This document shows, piece by piece, positions 52,913 through 60,739 of a DNA stretch of 64,000 bases (its first letter is position 1; the number at the start of each line of letters is the position of its first letter). Both the position numbers and the translations under genes were made by a program. The notes under the pieces were generated by a model. It did no database searches. It was not told where the DNA came from and was given only the letters and a program-made list of their open reading frames with translations. The DNA comes from Alphaproteobacteria bacterium (GTDB lineage Bacteria > Pseudomonadota > Alphaproteobacteria > Bin95): assembly GCA_965200785.1 (NCBI GenBank), contig CBDAVA010000003.1, positions 1,978,241 to 2,042,240 on the forward strand, in the 5' to 3' direction.

Positions 52913-53854
52913 GTGCATAAACGCATCTGGCATTATGTCGGCGTGTTCGCCGCGCTTGCGGTGTTCGCCGCCGCTGTCTGGGCGCTGACATGGCAGTTGC
53001 GCGACCTGCGCTGGGACGATCTCGGCCGGCAGCTCGAGGCGATTTCGCTGTTCCGGGTCCTGGCGGCGGTCGCCGCGACCTTCGCCGCCTATCTGGTGCT
53101 GGCGGCCTATGATCTGACGGCGTTCCGCTATATCGGCCGGCGCATGGCCTTCGGCCGGGTCGCCTTCGTCTCCTCGATTTCCTACGCCTTCAGCCACAAT
53201 CTGGGCTTCGGCGCCTTGACGGGCGGCGCGGTGCGTTACCGCTTCTATACGGGCTGGGGCGTGTCCGCCGGCGACATCGCCCGCGTCGTGGTCTATGCTG
53301 GGCTGGTCTATTATCTCTGCGCGCTGTCGGTGGGCGGCGTGCTGATGCTGCCGAACGCGGCGGCGCTGGCGGATGCGCTGGAGTGGCAGCCGCTGGCGGT
53401 CCGGGTTGTTGCGGCCGTCTGGGTTCTGTCGGGCGCGCTCTATGTCGCCTGGTGCGTGCGCGGCAGCCCGGTCGTGCGCATCGGCGCGCGCCGGGTGACG
53501 CCGCCGAAGCTCCGCCACGGCCTGGTCCAGTTCGGCGTCGGGGTCCTCGAATGGGCGTTTGCCAGCGCTGCGCTCTATCTGGTACTGCCGCCGGATTTCG
53601 GCATGTCCTACTGGCATTTCGTCGCCGTTTATGTGCTGGCCTATATGGCGGGTTACATCAGCCATGTGCCCGGCGGTCTGGGCGTGTTCGAGACGGTGCT
53701 GCTGGTGCTGATGCCGGCATCCGTGCCGACCGATGTGGTGGCCGCAGGCATCATCACCTACCGGGCCATCTACTTCCTGCTGCCCCTCTCCCTGGCGCTC
53801 GCGGTTTTCGGCGTCTATGAAGCGCTCCGCGGCCGTTTCGCCCGCGGCCGGTAG
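52913..53854 (+). CDS. lysylphosphatidylglycerol-synthase-TM-region / YbhN (UPF0104) family membrane protein
   Basis: GTG start; 313 aa, about 8 TM helices with family-typical sequence (FRYIGRRMAFGRVAFVSSISYAFSHNLGFGALTGGAVRYRFY). Confidence 0.65.
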   Translation: MHKRIWHYVGVFAALAVFAAAVWALTWQLRDLRWDDLGRQLEAISLFRVLAAVAATFAAYLVLAAYDLTAFRYIGRRMAFGRVAFVSSISYAFSHNLGFGALTGGAVRYRFYTGWGVSAGDIARVVVYAGLVYYLCALSVGGVLMLPNAAALADALEWQPLAVRVVAAVWVLSGALYVAWCVRGSPVVRIGARRVTPPKLRHGLVQFGVGVLEWAFASAALYLVLPPDFGMSYWHFVAVYVLAYMAGYISHVPGGLGVFETVLLVLMPASVPTDVVAAGIITYRAIYFLLPLSLALAVFGVYEALRGRFARGR

Positions 53855-54077
53855 CAGCACCGCCATTGCCGGACACCGGAGCCCATGATAGCCTTCCCAG
53901 ACAAAACCGCCCGGCTTCCGGCCGCATCGCCGTCAAGGTCATCAACCATCTGGGCGACGAGGCGATGACAGTGTTTCGGGTATAGGCAGCGGATCGCGGG
54001 GGCCGTGGTTGCGGGCGGAGCGCCGTCGCGCTATCCATTATTCACTGGCTGCTGACGGGCGGCGGAAGGCCTGACGG

Positions 54078-54491
54078 ATGGAAATCTGGATTACGCCGGC
54101 GCTGGTCGTGGCGCTGGCGGCTCTCATGATCGGCATGATCCGCTCGCTGCGCGGCGATCTGGAAAGGCGCATCGACGGCGTGGACAAGCGCATCGACGAG
54201 GTGCGCAGCGATCTGGGCAAGCGCATCGACAGTGTGGACAAACGGATCGACGGCGTGGACAAGCGTATCGACGAGGTGCGCAGCGACTTGGGCAAACGCA
54301 TCGATGAGGTGCGCAGCGATCTGGGCAAGCGTATCGACAGGGTTGAATACCGGATGGACCGCCTGGAGACCGGCCTGGTCGAGGTGAAGGAAGGGTTGGC
54401 CGAAGTGCGGGGCGAACTCGGGTTCGTCCGCGACTACATCCTGCACCGCAACATGCCGGCGGAGAGGCCGCCGGCCGCACCGGCGGAATAG
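54078..54491 (+). CDS. membrane-anchored coiled-coil repeat protein, paralog 1 (137 aa)
   Basis: It has an N-terminal TM helix (MEIWITPALVVALAALMIGMI), then 7-mer and 11-mer repeats (DKRIDGV / DLGKRIDEVRS), then a conserved tail RVEYRMDRLETGLVEVKEGLAEVRGELGFVRDYILHRNMPAERPPAAPAE. A GAAGG RBS is present. Differences among the four copies are mainly synonymous. Confidence 0.65.
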   Translation: MEIWITPALVVALAALMIGMIRSLRGDLERRIDGVDKRIDEVRSDLGKRIDSVDKRIDGVDKRIDEVRSDLGKRIDEVRSDLGKRIDRVEYRMDRLETGLVEVKEGLAEVRGELGFVRDYILHRNMPAERPPAAPAE

Positions 54492-54712
54492 GCGGCTGCC
54501 GCAAGGGCCGCGCTCAAGAGCGGCGTTTCCCGCCCGTTCCCGCGCCCGGCTTCCGGCCGCATTGCCGTCAAGGTCATCAACCATCTGGGCGACGAGGCGA
54601 TGACAGTGTTTCGGGTATAGGCAGCGGATCGCGGAGGCCGCGGTTGCGGACGGAGCGCTGTCACGCTATCCATTATGCACCGGTGGTTTCCGGGCGGTAG
54701 AAGGCCTGACGG

Positions 54713-55051
54713 ATGGAAATCTGGATTACGCCGGCGCTGATTGTGGCGCTGGCGGCTCTCATGATCGGGATGATCCGCTCGCTGCGCAGCGATCTGGACA
54801 AGCGTATCGACGAGGTGCGCAGCGACCTGGGCAAGCGCATCGACGGTGTGGACAAACGCATCGATGAGGTGCGCAGCGATCTGGGCAAGCGTATCGACAG
54901 GGTCGAATACCGGATGGACCGCTTGGAGACCGGCCTGGTCGAGGTGAAGGAAGGCTTGGCCGAAGTGCGGGGCGAACTCGGGTTCGTCCGCGACTACATC
55001 CTGCACCGCAACATGCCGGCGGAGAGGCCGCCGGCCGCACCGGCGGAATAG
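54713..55051 (+). CDS. membrane-anchored coiled-coil repeat protein, paralog 2 (112 aa)
   Basis: Same architecture with fewer internal repeats (3 units) and an identical C-terminal 57 aa. Confidence 0.65.
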   Translation: MEIWITPALIVALAALMIGMIRSLRSDLDKRIDEVRSDLGKRIDGVDKRIDEVRSDLGKRIDRVEYRMDRLETGLVEVKEGLAEVRGELGFVRDYILHRNMPAERPPAAPAE

Positions 55052-55272
55052 GCGGCTGCCGCAAGGGCCGCGCTCAAGAGCGGCGTTTCCCGCCCGTTCC
55101 CGCGCCCGGCTTCCGGCCGCATTGCCGTCAAGGTCGTTAACCATCTGGGCGACGAGGCGATGACAGTGTTTCGGGTGTAGGCAGCGGGTCGCGGGGGCCG
55201 CGGTTGCGGGCGGAGCGCTGTCGCGCTATCCATTATTCACTGGCTGCTGACGGGCGGTAGAAGGCCTGACGG

Positions 55273-55623
55273 ATGGAAATCTGGATTACGCCGGCGCTGA
55301 TCGTGGCGCTGGCGGCTCTCATGATCGGCATGATCCGGTCGCTGCGCAGCGACCTGGACAAGCGTATCGACGAGGTGCGCAGCGACTTGGGCAAGCGCAT
55401 CGATGAGGTGCGCAGCGATCTGGGCAAGCGCATCGATGAGGTGCGCAGCGATCTGGGCAAGCGCATCGACAGGGTGGAATACCGGATGGACCGCCTGGAG
55501 ACCGGCCTGGTCGAGGTGAAGGAAGGCTTGGCCGAAGTGCGGGGCGAACTCGGGTTCGTCCGCGACTACATCCTGCACCGCAACATGCCGGCGGAGAGGC
55601 CGCCGGCCGCGCCGGCGGAATAG
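55273..55623 (+). CDS. membrane-anchored coiled-coil repeat protein, paralog 3 (116 aa)
   Basis: Same architecture, with three consecutive DLGKRIDEVRS 11-mers. Confidence 0.65.
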   Translation: MEIWITPALIVALAALMIGMIRSLRSDLDKRIDEVRSDLGKRIDEVRSDLGKRIDEVRSDLGKRIDRVEYRMDRLETGLVEVKEGLAEVRGELGFVRDYILHRNMPAERPPAAPAE

Positions 55624-55844
55624 GCGGCTGCCGCAAGGGCCGCGCTCAAGAGCGGCGTTTCCCGCCCGTTCCCGCGCCCGGTTTCCGGCCGCATCGCCGT
55701 CAAGGTCATCAACCATCTGGGCGACGAGGCGATGACAGTGTTTCGGGTATAGGCAGCGGATCGCGGGGGTCGTGGTTGCGGGCGGAGCACCGTCGCGCTA
55801 TCCATCATTCACTGGCAGCTGACGGGCGGTAGAAGGCCTGACGG

Positions 55845-56300
55845 ATGGAAATCTGGATTACGCCGGCGCTGATCGTGGCGCTGGCGGCTCTCATGATCGG
55901 GATGATCCGCTCGCTGCGCGGCGATCTGGAGAGGCGTATCGACGGCGTGGACAAGCGCATCGATGGTGTGGACAAACGCATCGACGAGGTGCGCAGCGAC
56001 TTGGGCAAGCGCATCGACAGTGTGGACAAACGCATCGACGGTGTGGACAAGCGTATCGACGAGGTGCGCAGCGACTTGGGCAAGCGTATCGACAGTGTGG
56101 ACAGACGCATCGATGAGGTGCGCAGCGATCTGGGCAAGCGTATCGACAGGGTCGAACACCGGATGGACCGCCTGGAGACCGGCTTGGTCGAGGTGAAGGA
56201 AGGCTTGGCCGAAGTGCGGGGCGAACTCGGGTTCGTCCGCGATTACATCCTGCACCGCAACATGCCGGCGGAGAGGCCGCCGGCCGCACCGGCGGAATAA
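55845..56300 (+). CDS. membrane-anchored coiled-coil repeat protein, paralog 4 (151 aa)
   Basis: Same architecture with the most repeat units. It has a Y-to-H change in the tail (RVEHRM) and a different downstream hairpin (GCTGCCGCC ggg GCGGCGGCAG). Confidence 0.65.
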   Translation: MEIWITPALIVALAALMIGMIRSLRGDLERRIDGVDKRIDGVDKRIDEVRSDLGKRIDSVDKRIDGVDKRIDEVRSDLGKRIDSVDRRIDEVRSDLGKRIDRVEHRMDRLETGLVEVKEGLAEVRGELGFVRDYILHRNMPAERPPAAPAE

Positions 56301-56410
56301 GCGGCTGCCGCCGGGGCGGCGGCAGTCGATAGCGGGAAGCCGCGGTTGCAGGACGGTCCGGTTCACACTATCCACTAGTCAAGATCCACCCAGCCACCGG
56401 ACCCTGCCTC

Positions 56411-57592
56411 ATGGACCTTAATTTCGCTGCTGAAGACGAAGCCTTCCGCGCCGAATGCCGCGCGTTCCTCGCCGACAAGCTGCCGCGGGATGTGGCGCGC
56501 AAGGTCGGGCTTGGCATCCAGCCGACGCTGGCGGAAGTCATGGCCTGGCACCGCGCGCTTCACGAGCAGGGCTGGATTGCGCCCAATTGGCCGAGCGAGT
56601 GGGGCGGCCCCGACTGGACGGTGACACAGAAATATATCTGGGACGAGGAACAGGCGCTCGCCAATGCGCCGCGCCCCATTCCGTTCGGCATTTCCATGTG
56701 CGGCCCCGTGCTGCTGGCCTTTGGCTCCGACAGGCAGAAGCAGCTGCACTTGCCGCGCATCCTTTCCGGCGAGCACATCTTCTGTCAGGGATATTCGGAG
56801 CCGGGCGCCGGCTCCGACCTCGCCTCGCTCAAGACCCGCTGCGAGGTCCATGACGACCATTTCGTCATCAACGGCCAGAAGATCTGGACCACCTCGGCCC
56901 ATCACGCGAACTGGATTTTCTGCCTTGTGCGGACCTCCAGCGCCGGGAAGCGGCAGGAAGGCATCTCCTTCGTTCTGATCGACATGAAGACGCCCGGCAT
57001 CGAGGTGAAACCGCTGATTACCCTCGAGGGCCTGCATGAGGTGAACGAGGTCTTCTTCACTGATGTCGTCGTGCCGAGGGAAAACCTGGTGGGCGAGATT
57101 GACCAGGGCTGGACGATCGCCAAATACCTGCTCGGCCATGAGCGCATGGGCGGCGGCGCGCTGGGCGCCCAGAAAACCGGGCTGCGCTCTCTCAAGGAGA
57201 TCGCAGCGGACCAGGGCCTCGACAGCGACGGGACCTTCATGCGCAAGGTCTCGGAGGTTGAAATCGAACTCCAGACGCTGGAGATGCAGATGCTCCGTAT
57301 GCTGGCCGCCGTCTCGGCGGACAGGGAAATCGGCGCCGAGGCCTCGATGATCAAGATCAGGCGGACCGAAATCCAGCAGCGCCTCTCCGAACTCAAGATG
57401 GAAGCGGCGGGATATGACGCGGCGCCCTACCAGCTCGAGGCGATGGAGCACGGCTGGAACGAGGAGCCGGTCGGGCCGGACTACGCCAATGCGCTGGCGG
57501 CGAAATATTTCAACGACCGCAAGCACACGATCTTTGCGGGCTCCAACGAGATACAGCGGAACATCATCGCCAAGCGGATGCTGGGCCTTTGA
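56411..57592 (+). CDS. acyl-CoA dehydrogenase family protein
   Basis: 393 aa with N-terminal alpha, middle beta-barrel (GSDLASLKTRCE..., FCQGYSEPGAGSDL) and C-terminal ACAD domains. Confidence 0.8.
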   Translation: MDLNFAAEDEAFRAECRAFLADKLPRDVARKVGLGIQPTLAEVMAWHRALHEQGWIAPNWPSEWGGPDWTVTQKYIWDEEQALANAPRPIPFGISMCGPVLLAFGSDRQKQLHLPRILSGEHIFCQGYSEPGAGSDLASLKTRCEVHDDHFVINGQKIWTTSAHHANWIFCLVRTSSAGKRQEGISFVLIDMKTPGIEVKPLITLEGLHEVNEVFFTDVVVPRENLVGEIDQGWTIAKYLLGHERMGGGALGAQKTGLRSLKEIAADQGLDSDGTFMRKVSEVEIELQTLEMQMLRMLAAVSADREIGAEASMIKIRRTEIQQRLSELKMEAAGYDAAPYQLEAMEHGWNEEPVGPDYANALAAKYFNDRKHTIFAGSNEIQRNIIAKRMLGL

Positions 57593-58587
57593 ACCGGCCC
57601 AATCTCGACCTCGAACGGTTGGGGGACCGGCATCGGCGGATGCACCGCATCCGCGCCTTCGAGGAGCAGGCCGTCGCTGCGCTGAAGGAAGGGCTGGTGC
57701 TCGGGGCCATCCATCCGTCCATCGGCCAGGAAGCCTGCGCCGTCGGGGTTGTCGGCAGCCTGGCGCGGGAGGACCTGCTGCTCTCCACCCACCGCGGCCA
57801 CGGCCATACGCTGGAAAAGGGGGCGTCCGCCGCGGCCATGATGCGCGAACTGTTCGGGCGCGAGGGCGGTAATTGCGGCGGCAAGGGCGGCTCCATGCAC
57901 ATTGCCGACTTTTCGGTCGGGATGCTGGGCGCGAACGGCGTCGTGGGCGCGAATATCTCTATTGCCGCCGGCGCCGCCCATGCGGTCCGGCTGCGCGGCG
58001 AGCGGCGGATCGTCTGCTGTATCTTCGGCGACGGCGCGGTCAATCGAGGCCCGTTCCTCGAAGGATTGAACTGGGCGCGGGTCTTCGACCTGCCGGTGCT
58101 GTTCGTCTGCGAGGACAACGCCTTCGCCGCAACGACGAGGACCGAGGCGATGACCGGCGGTCCGGGGCCGGGCGCGCGCGCGGAGGCGCTCGGCATCCCC
58201 GCCTGGACAGTGGACGGCAATGATGTCGACAGCGTGGCGGAGGCGGCGGCCGCGCTTCGCGACCGCATCCTCCGGGGCGGCGGCCCGCAATTCCTCTGGG
58301 CGAAGACCTGGCGCCTGACGGGCCACACGGCCGTGGATCTGGCCGCCTATCGCGACGCCGGGGAAACGGCGGAACGCTGGAAGGACGATCCCATCGCCCG
58401 CGCGGCCGGGATATTGCAGGCGCACGGCGTTGCCGGGGAAACACTCCGCGGCCACCAGGAGGCGGCTGTTGCGGAGATGCGGGCGGCCTTCGAGGAGGCG
58501 AAGGCCGCGCCCTGGCCGGACGAGGCCGCGCTTTATGCCGATGTGCAGGACACGGGCGATCCGCGCGAGGCGGCGTTCCGATGGTGA
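57589..58587 (+). CDS. TPP-dependent 2-oxoacid dehydrogenase E1 component, alpha subunit (PDH/acetoin-DH type)
   Basis: The motifs HRGHGH, GGKGGSMHI and GDGAVNRG are the TPP-binding motif of E1-alpha. Confidence 0.8.
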   Translation: MNRPNLDLERLGDRHRRMHRIRAFEEQAVAALKEGLVLGAIHPSIGQEACAVGVVGSLAREDLLLSTHRGHGHTLEKGASAAAMMRELFGREGGNCGGKGGSMHIADFSVGMLGANGVVGANISIAAGAAHAVRLRGERRIVCCIFGDGAVNRGPFLEGLNWARVFDLPVLFVCEDNAFAATTRTEAMTGGPGPGARAEALGIPAWTVDGNDVDSVAEAAAALRDRILRGGGPQFLWAKTWRLTGHTAVDLAAYRDAGETAERWKDDPIARAAGILQAHGVAGETLRGHQEAAVAEMRAAFEEAKAAPWPDEAALYADVQDTGDPREAAFRW

Positions 58588-59549
58588 AAACCACCTATCT
58601 GGAGGCCGGCCGGCGCGCGCTGGCCGAGGAGATGCGCCGCGACCCGACGGTCTGGGCAGTCGGCGAGGATCTCGGGCGGGGCGGGGTTTTCGGACAATAT
58701 GCCGGCATGGTGGAGGAGTTCGGGCCGCTCAGGATTTCCGATGCGCCGATCTCCGAAGCCGCAATCCTCGGGGCGGCCGTCGGCGCGGCGATGGCGGGGA
58801 CGCGCCCGGTGGTGGAGATGCGCTTCGCGGATTTCGCGCTGTGCGCCGTTGACGAGCTGGTGAATCAGGCGGCCAAGGCCCGGTATATGTTCGGCGGCCA
58901 GGGCGGTGTGCCGCTGGTCGTCCGCGAGCCGATGGGCATGTGGCGCTCCTCCGCGGCGCAGCACTCGCAGTCGCTCGAGGCCTGGTATGTCCATATCCCG
59001 GGCCTGACCGTGGTGACGCCGGCGACGCCGAAGGACAACCTGCGTCTGCTCAAGGCGGCGATCCGCAGCAGCGATCCGGTCGTCTATATGGAGCACAAGG
59101 ATCTCTGGGGGCTGGAGGAGGACCTTGCCGATGACGAGCCGCCGGCCGCGCTTGGCAGCGCGCGCATTGTCTGCGAAGGCGGCGATACGACGGCGGTGTC
59201 CTGGTCGGCGGCGGTCCATACCGTTCGCGCGGCCGCCCTGGAACTGGCGAAAGAGGGCGTATCGCTGGAAGTCATCGACCTGCGCACCTTATGGCCGTGG
59301 GACCGCGATACCGTGCTGGCCTCGGTGCGCAAGACCGGGCGGCTGGTGGTGGCGCATGAGGCGGTCTCGGTCGGCGGTTTCGGGGCCGAGATCGCTGCGG
59401 TCGTCTCCGAGGCCCTGTTCGGCAGCTTGAAGGCGCCGGTGAGGCGCCTGGGCGCGCCGCGCGTCCCGATTCCCTATGCGAAACCGCTGGAGGACATGTT
59501 GCGTGTTGACGCCGCCGCCATTGCGGCTGCCGTTCGCGCGCAGCTATAG
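58581..59549 (+). CDS. 2-oxoacid dehydrogenase E1 component, beta subunit
   Basis: Transketolase-like pyrimidine-binding domain (ISDAPISEAAILGAAVGAAMAG) plus a C-terminal domain; 322 aa. No E2 gene follows. Confidence 0.8.
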   Translation: MVKTTYLEAGRRALAEEMRRDPTVWAVGEDLGRGGVFGQYAGMVEEFGPLRISDAPISEAAILGAAVGAAMAGTRPVVEMRFADFALCAVDELVNQAAKARYMFGGQGGVPLVVREPMGMWRSSAAQHSQSLEAWYVHIPGLTVVTPATPKDNLRLLKAAIRSSDPVVYMEHKDLWGLEEDLADDEPPAALGSARIVCEGGDTTAVSWSAAVHTVRAAALELAKEGVSLEVIDLRTLWPWDRDTVLASVRKTGRLVVAHEAVSVGGFGAEIAAVVSEALFGSLKAPVRRLGAPRVPIPYAKPLEDMLRVDAAAIAAAVRAQL

Positions 59550-59576
59550 GCCGCCGCCCGGAAAGGAGGTGGAACG

Positions 59577-60086
59577 ATGACCGATTGGCAAGAGGATCTG
59601 TACCGGGTCCTGAAGGAATTTCGTGTCAGCCAGGTGAGCTATGTGCCCGATGCCGGCCACCGGGTGCTGATCGACAAGTCGCTTGCAGACCCCGAGATGC
59701 ACTCCGTGCCGCTGACTACCGAGGAAGAAGGTATTGCGATGCTCGCCGGTGCCCATCTCGGCGGCGCGCGCGGCGTTGCGGCCATGCAGTCCTCCGGCAT
59801 CGGCAATTGCGTCAACATGTTCTCGCTGGTGAAGAACGGGCTGTTCCCGATGCTGGTTCTAGTGTCGATGCGCGGCGATTTCGGCGAGGGCAATCCCTGG
59901 CAGATGCCGATGGGCCAGGCGGTGGAGCCGGTGATGGAGGCGATGGGTTTCATCACCATGCGGATCGACCGGCCCGAAGATGTGGAAGGCGGGATGCGGG
60001 CGGCGTGCACGATGGTTTTCCAGTCGGGCCAGGCGGTCGGCGTTCTTCTGACCCAGAAGCTGATCGGCGCCAAGGTGTTCGGATGA
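59577..60086 (+). CDS. sulfopyruvate/phosphonopyruvate-decarboxylase-like TPP enzyme, alpha (ComD-like) subunit
   Basis: 169 aa covering only the Pyr domain (VPLTTEEEGIAMLAGAHLGG...SGIGNCVN). It is paired with a beta subunit immediately downstream. Confidence 0.6.
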   Translation: MTDWQEDLYRVLKEFRVSQVSYVPDAGHRVLIDKSLADPEMHSVPLTTEEEGIAMLAGAHLGGARGVAAMQSSGIGNCVNMFSLVKNGLFPMLVLVSMRGDFGEGNPWQMPMGQAVEPVMEAMGFITMRIDRPEDVEGGMRAACTMVFQSGQAVGVLLTQKLIGAKVFG

Positions 60087-60099
60087 AGGAGGCGAGGCG

Positions 60100-60726
60100 A
60101 TGAGTGCGGCATTTCAGGCCGGAACCGCGGCCGGGATGAGTCCTGTCGGCACGCTCGACAGGCGCGAGGCGGTGCCGGCGCTGGTCGGGAATTCGCAGGA
60201 TTGGCTGATCGTCGCCGGGCTGGCCGGCACGGCGAAGGACACCGCGGCGATGTGCGAGCCGGAAGCCAACTATTTCGCCTGCGCCGGCGTCATGGGTGGC
60301 GCAGTCGCCATGGGGCTCGGTCTTGCGCTTGCCCGGCCGGACCGCCGGGTGCTGGTGCTCACAGGCGACGGCGAACTGCTGATGAATGTCGGGTCGCTGG
60401 CGACAGTAGCGATCCTGAATCCTCCCAATCTCTCCATCGTGTGCGTCGATAACGGGCATTACGGCGAGACGGGCTATCAGAAGAGCCACACCTCTCTCGG
60501 CGTGGACCTGGCGTCGATGGCGTCCGGCGCCGGAATTCCGGCGGTTCGCACGGTGGTTGCAGCCGGTGAGATCGATGAAGCGGGGCGGCTGATCCGGGAG
60601 GCCAACGGATCGTCGTTCGTGCTGTTGAAGATCACACCCGATGCGCCGCCGCCAGTCGTCAGGCGCTCGCTCGATGCCGCCTTGTCCAAGGACAGGTTCC
60701 GCGCCGCAACCCTGCCCGCCGGATAG
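60100..60726 (+). CDS. sulfopyruvate/phosphonopyruvate-decarboxylase-like TPP enzyme, beta (ComE-like) subunit
   Basis: TPP-binding PP domain (LTGDGELLMNVGSLATV...NGHYGETGYQ); 208 aa. Confidence 0.6.
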   Translation: MSAAFQAGTAAGMSPVGTLDRREAVPALVGNSQDWLIVAGLAGTAKDTAAMCEPEANYFACAGVMGGAVAMGLGLALARPDRRVLVLTGDGELLMNVGSLATVAILNPPNLSIVCVDNGHYGETGYQKSHTSLGVDLASMASGAGIPAVRTVVAAGEIDEAGRLIREANGSSFVLLKITPDAPPPVVRRSLDAALSKDRFRAATLPAG

Positions 60727-60739
60727 CCGCCTCGGGACA

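Larger units (their letters stand above)
53917..56300 (+). repeat. tandem array of four ~560-635 bp units, each a small coiled-coil membrane-protein gene plus ~220 bp conserved upstream region
   Basis: The unit starts at ATGGAAATCTGGATTACGCCGGCGCTG recur at 54078, 54713, 55273 and 55845. The upstream segments (CCCGGCTTCCGGCCGCATCGCCGTCAAGGTCATCAACCATCTGGGCGACGAGGCGATGACAGTGTTTCGGGTATAGGCAGCGG...) are also repeated. Confidence 0.9.

Noticed and set aside
54042-56375. Series of minus-strand ORFs (54042-54584, 54434-55144, 55237-55716, 55809-56375 and others) across the tandem array
   Set aside because: They are reverse-frame readings of the repeat units (RxSLRTSSMRL... repeats). They lack RBS and start context, whereas the + strand genes have an RBS, a TM helix and synonymous variation.
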